Below are positions 39,699 through 50,400 of a stretch of 64,000 nucleotides of DNA, one piece after another (within the stretch, counting starts at the first letter, position 1; the number at the start of each line of letters is the position of its first letter). The notes under the pieces were generated by a model. That model had not been told where the DNA came from, did not search any database, and saw only the letters and a program-made list of their open reading frames with translations. Source of the DNA: a virus. A program made the position numbers and the translations under genes. Where the stretch lies: IMG/VR virus record IMGVR_UViG_3300027728_000006, positions 40,352 through 104,351 of that record; one strand, written 5' to 3'.

Positions 39699-41414
39699 TT
39701 AGCCTCCAGTTGGTTTAAAAGATTGAACGCTTAAAGAAATTGATTTACTAATTGGATTAAAAGAATATGAAGCGCTTTCAACATAAAAAGACGAATCGAT
39801 GCAAAGTTGTTTTAAAATATTTTTTAATTTATTTTTATTTTCTAAAAAATCTAAACTATTGGAACTGGCTATGGCAGAGACCGAAGAAGATTTTTTTTCA
39901 TGTATAAAATTTTGATTTTTAACTTGTTTTATTTCTCTCAAATTTGGTACAACTAGATTTGACGAAAGTTTTATTTGCTCATCAGCTTGCGTTTCAGAAC
40001 TATAATTCAAACTTTTAAAATTATAATCCTGTCCCCTTTTTCTAGAAATATCGTCAGTATAGGTAAAGGAATAATTGACAGTTCCAAGTCTATTTGATTT
40101 AGTAACAGACCAATTGTTTAAATATAAAGTATTGCTACATTGCCTATTGTGCCTTTTATTGTAAAAATTTAATATTCTCGTAGGTGTAGAATTATTAATA
40201 ATCGAGGTTTTAACACCTCCCCAAAATAAATTTGCGCTAATTTGTTTTTGCTTTGAACCCTCTAACAAATCAGATCCAATTATACTTCCAGATTCTGTAA
40301 CCGTAGTAACATCTTGATCGCTTGTTTGTAAGTCCATCTTATATTCCCAGTACGCAGTCTGATTTCCCACATATCCACTGCCATCTTGATAATCTTTAGA
40401 GAAAAATAAATCATTTGTATATGTAACAGAATAAGAAACAAAACCCGCTTTATCGGAAATGGAAAAAATTTTACTAATAGGCTTGGTAAATAAAGTTGCC
40501 GAAGTTTGTACATTTCCATGAGAATTTTTTGCATTATTGTAAATCGAATTGCACCTTGCAAAAGACGAAAGCATATCAGTCCTTGCAAAAGATATCATTT
40601 CATTCGTCTTGTTCCACTTTGCATTAAATTCAGCCGATTCAGTGATCTTTATTACCCCACCATTGTCAGACTCAAAAGAGCTGGTTCTAGATTTTAAGAA
40701 ATTATCTACGCTTCCAGACTCCAAATCATTCAATTCATAATTCTTTTCAAAAGAGCAATCTCCAGTTATTCTATTGAAATTTTCATTATAGTATGTGTTA
40801 TATGTAACTTTTTGGTTTCCCCAGTATAACGCTGCAAAATCTTCAGACTCCAGAAGGATTGCCGCAACTCCCTTTACAATATCTATATTACTTCTTGTAT
40901 CATCGCCAAATATTGCCGTCATTCCCACCCTATGAGAATAAGATTTATTTTTATAATTAGAACTGAAACTAAAAGATTCTTGAATTGAATCAGCAAAAAC
41001 CAATAGCCCCATTAAATCTTCGCTATTTTCTGGTTGATATTCACCCAACGAATCTAAAGACCCCTCTTCATATACTGTAAAAGAAGCCGAGTATTGTTTT
41101 AAACGAACGTCACTTCCCTCCGAAAAAGAAATAGAATTTACGAAACCTTTTCCAAAATTAAAATTATTTATAATTATATCATGCAGTTTAACACTCTCTT
41201 CTGGATTATCAATTAAAAAAACGCGCACTATCGCATCCTCTAATTCAGAAGTTATCCCGCTTACCCCTACTGTATTAGCCAAATTCAACAAATTTCCAGA
41301 AACCGAAATCTCCTTGGTTATTCTATAACGAAAAGATTCGCCCAAAAAGTTAAATCTTCTTGACATGCCCAGCGTGCTAGATAAACTATTTTCTGTATCA
41401 ATCCTTATTTCCAT
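39699..41414 (-). CDS. Putative distal tail/baseplate protein
   Basis: Immediately downstream of the tape measure; units resemble those of 38039-39691. Confidence 0.45.
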   Translation of the reverse strand: MEIRIDTENSLSSTLGMSRRFNFLGESFRYRITKEISVSGNLLNLANTVGVSGITSELEDAIVRVFLIDNPEESVKLHDIIINNFNFGKGFVNSISFSEGSDVRLKQYSASFTVYEEGSLDSLGEYQPENSEDLMGLLVFADSIQESFSFSSNYKNKSYSHRVGMTAIFGDDTRSNIDIVKGVAAILLESEDFAALYWGNQKVTYNTYYNENFNRITGDCSFEKNYELNDLESGSVDNFLKSRTSSFESDNGGVIKITESAEFNAKWNKTNEMISFARTDMLSSFARCNSIYNNAKNSHGNVQTSATLFTKPISKIFSISDKAGFVSYSVTYTNDLFFSKDYQDGSGYVGNQTAYWEYKMDLQTSDQDVTTVTESGSIIGSDLLEGSKQKQISANLFWGGVKTSIINNSTPTRILNFYNKRHNRQCSNTLYLNNWSVTKSNRLGTVNYSFTYTDDISRKRGQDYNFKSLNYSSETQADEQIKLSSNLVVPNLREIKQVKNQNFIHEKKSSSVSAIASSNSLDFLENKNKLKNILKQLCIDSSFYVESASYSFNPISKSISLSVQSFKPTGG

Positions 41415-41422
41415 AATAAATA

Positions 41423-44400
41423 TTAAACTACGTTAGTTGGAGGAGGAGGTTTTATGAAGCCTCCTTTTTGAAGTTCAGCTTGCATTGCGACAACCCTTTG
41501 AACCACCTCTTGAACTTGATTTTTTATACTCTCCGCCAATTGACTAACTTGTGTTTCTGAATTTTCTACGCTTGCAACCCTTCCCTGCTCTATATTTATA
41601 TTAATAGGCAAATTTATCGAATCTACATTTGTAGTATTACTAGCCTGATCTCTTGATGAGTTGCCCGCAGCCCCCCCAGAGGTTCCTCGATCTGGAACCT
41701 GCTGACCAGGTGGAACCACACCATTTGACGCACCCGAGCCACCATTTGGAGGGGCTGGTTTGGGCGGCATGAAATTCTCAATAGGCTTCATTGCCGACGG
41801 TGAGTAATAGTTTTCCGAACCTGACATGTAATATCCATTTTTTTCTGCATCTTTAATCTGAGCCGATTCAGCCTGCATTCTACTTAATTTCTTTTCGCCG
41901 CTTTCTGGAAATGGAAGCTCATCCCCCACAACAAAACTACTATTATAACCACTAACTAAAGAACTCGCTGCACCCACTCTACTTTCACTTTTAATTACCT
42001 CTGCTGATGCAGCAGCCTGCTGACTTCTCGCCTGCTGAAGTGAAACAGCAGCACTTTTTACCAATTCATAAGCATCTGATTTTTTTAAAAAATCTTCGCT
42101 TGTTATATCCATTCCCTCTGGATCCGTACCAAATTCCTTTTGAACAATATTGCCACGACCCAGCGCCACTTGAGCTCTAGCAAGACCGATATTTTTTTCA
42201 GAATAAATTTTGTCAGATTTAGCTATATAATCGGGATTTGTAGCTTCACTTTCTGTAGCTATACTCATCCTGCCCACTTTTGTTTCTAAAGCAAACTTTT
42301 GCCTATCGTTAAATAACTGCTCTGCCTCCTCTACTTTCGCTTTCGCTTTTTGTTCTTCCCCTTGCGAATCTTTAAGACCACTCTCGGCATCTTTCTTTGC
42401 ATTTTCAGCTGTGATTTTTCTTTCTGATATTTGACTGGCAATCAATCCGTCTTTTATGCCAGCAGCCATCTTAGAAACATCAAAAGATCCTTCTATAGCT
42501 TCCACCACGCTACTAAATCCATTACTACTAACTTTTGTTAATTCATTTATACCTAAAAATTGAAGCTTACTATCTCCGCTAACGCCCTTGTAAGCGTCTT
42601 GCAATTCTTTTGGTAAATTTTCAAATTCTTTTTTAGTATAGTCCTCAGTTACCCCATCAACATATTGAGAACTGTCAATCACTCCCAACTTCTGCATTAA
42701 TTGAAGATTTGAAGAAACGCTAGCCCCACCCTCCTTGTCTGTTCCAAGAGAAGACACCTGATCTCTCATACGCTTGAAAACATCTGAACCCAATGCTCCG
42801 CCAGACTGCTTTTCAAGATCGTCTATTGATTGAGCAAGCATCTGACTATAACCTTGAGAAATTGCTTGGAAATTCATATCGCCCATACTCGTAATCGGGG
42901 CTCCAGTAAATTTTGTTAATGTAGACAACGTATCTGTCAACGCTCCTAAAGAATCAAGAGCTGGCGTTTTTCCAGTATTTTTATCTATAATTTTCCCATC
43001 CTCACCTTTTACTAAATTATTTACATTGTAGCCACCGCTAACGGTTTTTGATAAAGAATCTTTAGCTTGATTAATAAGCGAGTCCTCAGCTCCAAGTAAA
43101 TTTGGAATTATCTGCTCTGCACCGCCCCCAAGATTTTGAGCCTGTGTTATTTTTTCCTTAGCTCTGTCAAATGCAAGCTGCTGAGCAAGCAAAGCCTTTT
43201 GTTGTAATTCATTTCTATTCGAAATTTTAATACCATTATTTACTGAACCCAACTCCTGAATTGTTTTATTTTTAAGCTCCTGAATTTGAGTAGCTGTAAA
43301 ACTGCCAGATGCGATCAATTTTTCTATCAGAGCATCCAATGTGCCCTTTGCTCCAGCGGTATCCCCCTGTAGGATTTGATTCATAGCTCCGCTTCCTATT
43401 AATTCATTTTTAAATTCCGTTTTTTTCAACTCGAATTCCGAAGTTGCTGATTTTATTTCTGAATCGCTCATTCCAGAAGTGGCTTTTTCATCAAGAGAAG
43501 CAGAATTAATAAGATTTCCGATAGATTCAAAAATGCTAGTAGCGCCGGTTGTCTTTGCTTGCTCTTTTTCCTGTCTTGTCGTCTGCTCTATAGAGAAAAT
43601 TCTATTATTTTCATCTCTCTTTTTGGAGACATTTGGCATATTAATCAAATCGTAAATTTCTTTACCAAAATTTCCCCTATTACTTTCTAAATCTCCAGCG
43701 AACTTAACTTTACTTAAACCTTCTTCCATTGCATATTTAAAATCTGAAAAAAGTTGGTCTACTTCTGACTTTGCAGAGGAAACTCTAGCGCCGGCTTGAT
43801 CGGCTCTCTGTCTATCCTGAGCTTTCTTTTCCGCCTCTTTCTTTTGCCTTTCTGCAATATTTTTTCTAACTTCTTCAATTTTTTCTTGTCCAGATATAAA
43901 TTTATTATTTATCGTCTGATACTCTTGGAGCCATTGTTGCAATTGATCAGGTCTATTCATAGTATCTCTAAGACTAGATAGGATTTGAAGTTCCTCCGAC
44001 GTCACTTCTCCACCACTTTTCGCATAAGATGCTTGCAAAGCATTTAAAAGTTGCCCCTTTAAATCTTGAAAGTTGTTCATATTTACCCCGCCGTCATTCT
44101 CTATCCCTAGGACTTGAATATCATTCAATTTTTTTGCAAAATCCCGAGAGCTTTCCAAAGCCTCATTCATTACGGTCGAAGGATCGTCAGTCGTTTTGGT
44201 ATAATTATATGTTTGAGCAGTTACGCTTTGAACATCTTCACTAGAAAGTTTTCTACCATACATCAGATCAAGCATTTCAGAAAGACTCTTCCCAACATAG
44301 TCAGTCTTATCGTTTTCCGTCTGTATCCCAACCATTCTATCAAAAGCTGCTGATACATTATATAATTGTTTCCCAAGATTATTTATTGTAATATCAGAAA

Positions 44401-47400
44401 AAGCTTGAGTAAAGCTTCCCATTCTCTCAAAAACGCCTTCTTGCGCATTTTCATACGTCCCACGATTACTTGCAACTACTTCTTTAGATATTTTTTGTAA
44501 AGATAAACGCTCCAATATTTCAGAATAAACCACTTGCGCATTTCCTAATCTTTCCGCTGCTACTAATTGCTCCTGATACTTAATAGGCATTGCTGTCAAT
44601 GAGTCGATATACTGCTTTTCCGCCGTGATAATATCACCCTCGGAAGAATTTGGATTAACTCTAATTTCAGCTAGTTTTTGAGAACTGTTTAAAAATTGCT
44701 GTGCCGAATCACTAAATTTTGTAAAATTTTCTGTCGCTGCTGTTACCGCTTTTTCTAATTCTGGCATTTTAGATGTAAATGCTTTTTCAATTTTTGGAAT
44801 TTCCATTAACGCAGCTATTGCTGCGCCCGCAGCTGCTCCCCAAGGTCCAGCTATCAATGCTCCAGTTCCAGCCATTCCAGCTATATTGCCCAAGCCCTCG
44901 ACGGTTGCAGCAGCCTCCCTACCGCCCTGCGTATTTTGCGGAATAAACGAAGCAATCTGTGGCGCGATGATCTGTGCAGCCATTCCAGCTTGCGAAGCTA
45001 TTGATGCTAATCTTTGTTTTTTTTCTTGGGCTATTGATTTTCTTTGCTCCGCCACCGCTTCTTTATTTGAACTTATTAAATCTTTTCTACTTCGAAGCTC
45101 TTGCTCAGCCGCGTTCTTTTTTTCACTAGCGTCCTGATCAATTCTTTTTACCTCTTTATCATAAGCATCGCTCAAAGCTGTTTTCGCGGCTTTAAGCCTT
45201 TCGTCTGCTTCCTGAATCCTTGGATCACCAATGGTAATTTGACCAGATGCCTGTTGAGCCATTAAGTCTTTATATATTTTGTCTTGGGCTTGCTTGTTTG
45301 CCGCCGCAGCCTTGAACTCAGGCGCGGATATCGCTTCTTTCAATGTATTCCTCTTATCCAATCTGTCGGTTTGCGCCTGAATCTCTTTTTCAAATGATGG
45401 AATTTCCGCAGAAGCCTTATCATTAGCCTCCGACATGTTCTTTATGGATTTTTCACCCTCTTTAATACTTTCTCCAAATTGCCTCATTTCGCCTCTTAAA
45501 AATATGGCAGAAAAAGCCACGCCTTGAAGACCAGCAATTAAAGCGGCAATTGTATTTTCATTACCATCTCCAGACGCATCAGCTGCAAAATTAGGAATGA
45601 ACCCACTCGCCGCCCCATAAGTTTTCGGATTACGCCCCTCTTTTTTAGCTCTTTTAATCCCCTGAATTCCACCGCCTGGCTCATCTCGCCTATTTGCCAC
45701 CATTAACCCCATTGGGTTATTTTTATTCTTTAAAGAACTATGCTTGTCAACATATATTTGACTCTTAGACAAGCCAGAAGATTGCTCTCTTGCTATTGCA
45801 TCATTTAAAGCATTTGAGAAATTAGGAATGAAACCAGAACTCAACCTCTTATTGAGAACTCTTGCGTTTAAAAAACCAGGCTTTCCCATTAAATCAAGGT
45901 TATCGTCAACTATTTTAGATCCTCGTTTTTGGGCTTCTACCAATTTGTCTTTTGGCTTGACGCCAAAACTAATTTTATTTACAGGAAGACCAAGTCTTGA
46001 AGAAGTTTCCCTTATTGCTTTTTCAAAAAGCGGCGGACGACTAGTCAACACATCAAACTTTTTCTTTCCAGCCTTTAACTTTTTACCTATAGGGAGAAGA
46101 TCCCTTTCTTTCAAGGATCCTAATTGCCTTATATATTCATCTTCGCCGCCTCGAATTTTTGGAATAATTGTACCATCCCAATCATACATATTTTTTCTAA
46201 CTTGATCTGCAAAATTTGGAATAAAACCACTAGCCGAGACGCCAGCCGAGCCGCCCATTGCAGAGGAAAAACGACCCTCAATTAAAGATCTGAATTTTGA
46301 ACCTTCGGCAGATCTCCTAGACACATTAGACATGCGCTTATTACTTATAATATCAAGACCTTCAAGATTTTTTACAAAAGTATTTTCATTCGCCGAAAGC
46401 GAAGCCAAATTACCCTTATTTTTAAATATTTTTTCCTGTATTCTTGTGGTAATTTCATCAACCGCCTTAGCACCAGAATATGTAGCTCCTGGGTTTTTAC
46501 CATCAAAATCCAACTGAACAGGATTAAAACCCAATGATTTAAACAACTCATTTTGATTTACATTCTTAAATATAGAAGAAGCCATTATGGATGAAACTCC
46601 AGCATATTTTCTAGGATCTGAAATGAGCCTACCAACACCCTCATTAGAATTAGCTTTTGACATTGTAGCTTTTGAATAAGCCAAATGAGAAGCCTCATGG
46701 AATAATGTATCTGGTGTTGCTCCAACTCCCAACTGTATATTTGGCTTCAAACCAGGTTTTGAAAAATTAGCCCTTCCTCTGACCCCGAATGGCAAACTGC
46801 CATCCTTTTTTATATCTAAGAAATTTGGCACAAAGCCAGAAGCGTGTTGAGTTTGAAGATCGACTCCAAGACCCCCATATTCGTCAGCCTCCACATTCCC
46901 GAAATAACTTTGTAATTTTTTTGGATCTTTTTTTAATTCATTTATTTTAGCATTAACAAAGGATGCAAATTGATCGCGGGTCATCTTTTCTATTTCCATG
47001 CCCTTGTGACCATACACTTCAAACATGGAACTCTTAGCAAGATCTGCTCTTTTAATTTGCGGGTATAAAGTTTCGGCGGAAACAGGCTCTCCATTTTTTA
47101 TTTTTTGAAGCAATCTATTCATCTGAGGCAACAATTGCCCCTTCATTTTTTTACCTTTATTTCTTTTTATTGCTTCTTCGTACAGGGCGCTACCGTACCC
47201 CTTACCCCTATATGCTTTTTCAACAGTAAGATCGCCAACATCCACATTGCCAGGCTTGTCTTCAGAGTAAGAAAATCCGCCCACTTTTTTACCGCCGAGA
47301 ATAGCATTTATACTCGAAAAGCCAAACTCGTCTTTTTTGCTTTGAGAAAATGAAAGACCAGAAGTTTTTGCAAAATTAGGAACAAAGCCGGAACTCGATA

Positions 47401-50400
47401 GCGGCACGCCATACTTATCAGCAAACATACCGCTTAAGCGTTTTAAAATCTTAGGAGGCAATGTTTGCTTTTTCTTCTTTAAATCGTCACGAGCTTCCCT
47501 AAGAGTGATAATTTTTTGCTGTATGTCTTGTGGCGTATTTTTCGTTATTCTAGATGGCAATTCAGCAAGCTGATTTTCAATTGGGGTAAGATCCTTGTCA
47601 ATCTCAGAACTGACCCTCCTCATTATCTCTTGAGCAGCCTCAGTTCTCCTCTTCATAGCTGGAGTTATTTGATTAATTGCTGGCAAGACGTGCTCCGGAA
47701 AAATTCTAGACATCGCCTCAGAATCACCAGACAACATAGCCTCCCTGGCTTTGGTTCCACTAATTCCTTCAGTTCTACTGCCAACTGAAACATCATAACC
47801 AGCCTGTTTATATTTTGTAAGATCTTTCTCTGTCTTATCAGAGCCAACAAAGGCTGTACTTCCAGGTTGTGCAGATAAGAATCTTCTCCTGCCCTCAACC
47901 GGATCAACTTCTAAATGGCGACGAATTCCCCCAGTAAAATCAGACCCAGCCTTAACTACATTAGCCCCCTCAAAAGTTTTCTGAGCCAAATATTTTCTAA
48001 CGTTTTGGTCGAAGACCAAAGTCCTCAAGGAATGCGGATCATTTTGATCTAATTTTCCACCTTCTCTTGAAATAGCAACAACAAAATCCTCAGGAGGTAT
48101 ACCCTTACCCCTTGCCATATCCATCATCTCAAGATGACCCTTAGTAGAAGGAGAAAAAGCGCCATAAGCTAATCCCAAGCGTTTTTTTTCTACAATTGGC
48201 AGATCTTTTTCCTTTTTTCTTTTAAGTCCAAAATTGGGATTAATTCCCATAATTCTTGTTTTTTCTGAACCCAAAGTGTCAAGAGCAACAGCCTCTATAT
48301 AGGCGCTGTCTAGTCCAGCAGATGTCGAAGTTCCAGCCTCTCTTCCAAAATTAGTTTTAGATGTCCCCTCCGAGATTTGAGAATCTCTTAAACTTCTTCT
48401 GCGCTTTATTTCTTCTTGCTCCGCTGGAGTAGAGGATGAGAGTATCATCAATCTATCTAATTCTGACCAATATCCTTTATCAATTGCAGCAGCGGTGCCA
48501 ACCAGCGAAGCCCTAGTATCCACAATCTCGTCAACCTTGTCAATATCAGATGGAATAATTATCGGAATTCTTTGCGTTTTCCTAAATTTTGAGTTATCAG
48601 CTCTTTCAGAATTTTTTCCACCAAGCATCATTGAACTTTTTCCAGCTCCAGGAACGCCAAAAACGCCTGTAAATTTCTTAAGAGATCCAGCCTTCCTGGA
48701 CTTTTTAGCTAATTCTCCTAGGTATTTGTGATAACCAGCAACGCCGCCGCTTATACCTAAACTGGCTATTTGCTCTTCAACTATCGCGGTATATTTTGGA
48801 TCGCTCAATACATCCCCGTCAAGATATCCTACCCTACGATCAGCAAAATTAGGAATATAGCCAGAAGCTGAAGACGCAAGACCATGAACATCTACCCACT
48901 TCTTTAATGTACTTTTTAAATTATCTGGAGTTCTTGATATTTTTGCTTCATACTGACCTGGAGCATTATGGAAAAACTTTTTAAGTTCAGGTGTTGGAGC
49001 TGGAAAATCTATTCTTTGAGTTTGACTTACAGCTGGAGCATTAAACGATTTTCTTAAAGCAGTTTCGAAAACCGTTCCGGCAGCAGAACCAACAGAGCCA
49101 GCGTTGTCCAATGAAGAAGCGTCAGTTATCTGCTCTTTTCCTCCAAAAGTTTTAATTATGTTATTAGTAGCGCCAACTAAAGCATCCCCCACTACTCCCT
49201 TAATTCCATATCTTTGCAAATTAGTTCCAGAAGTATCCAGTCCAGCCGTTGCTATTTTAGCATCAAACAAATTATTACCAGCCTCTAATGAAACATTAGC
49301 CGAATCAAGACCCTGATTGCCGCCATGGACCATTGTATATCTATCTGACAAATCGAGCTTTTTAACATCAAGGTTTTTCTTCTTTGCAGTTTTTTCTTTA
49401 TCAACGGCGCGCATTGTTGTACCGCCGCCATACATCGCCTTAAATTTGCTACCCATCGACGCAAAATTAGGAACAAAGCCAGAAGCTTTACTTTCAAATA
49501 AATTTAATCCAACCCCTAACGCGGATAGATCTACCGTATCAGAATTGCTGTTTCCCTTATATGAAGGATTAGCTTTTCTTCCAAGATATGTAAGAGCCTT
49601 AGCATAAATAACATCGTCTTTTACTGGTTTTTTAGTAACTTTAGATTCTACAAGTTGCTGCTTCGATAATTTATCTTTATATGAAAAATCTACCCCAAAC
49701 TTATTTTTCAATTTAACAGGAGTAATGCCCATGTTTTTTAACATTATTTCTGTATCTATCTCTCCCAAAGCCCCCTTAACGTTACTTACATTGCCAATTT
49801 TGTTACCTGTAGCCAGCTTAGACTGATCGAAACTACCAGGTAAATAATTACCAATAGGCACACCTTTATATTTTAAGGATGAGAGATCTTTTTTTTGCTC
49901 TAAAGAGCTATTTATTTTTATTTCTGCTATCTTATCATATGTTGAAGTATTATAAGGTAATTTAATTCTATCAACTGATACATTTTCCGAATAATAATCA
50001 GTCTTGCTATTCTTTTTTCCACGAATTCCAAAATCATAAAGTTTTTTCAAATCGCCGCCACTCTTAACGCTGGACAAGCTCTCTACTTTGTTTTTAGCAA
50101 AATTAGGAATATACCCACCAGCAGCATATTGAGTATTTTCACCAAAACCATTTGGAGGACGAACTACGGTAGCCTTTTTACCAGCAGCATTAGTAAATGT
50201 CTTTACATCTTCTTTATTATTAACAAAAGATTTAAACGACTTTCCATTGCCGTCATGTATGGTTGTTTTTTTAGCCTTGCCAGCCCTGTAGCCATGCTCT
50301 CTAGCGCCAGCATTTTCCATCGCTTGACCAACATTTCTATCGGACGCAAAATTTGGAACAAATCCAGATGAAAAAGTTTTTTTTCCAGTAGCGCTTGTTA

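Larger units (their letters stand above)
45584..50371 (-). repeat. Nine dispersed copies of peptide motif (A/S)(S/G)G(F/Y)(I/V)PNF(A/S/L) in the TMP
   Basis: Copies at 50345-50371, 50096-50122, 49460-49486, 48842-48868, 47369-47395, 46817-46843, 46208-46234, 45815-45841 and 45584-45610; synonymous codons vary between copies. Confidence 0.95.

Noticed and set aside
45584-50371. Inteins or mobile introns explaining the TMP inserts
   Set aside because: No Cys/Ser...His-Asn splice-junction pattern or LAGLIDADG motifs; the frame is continuous and the cargo domains are heterogeneous
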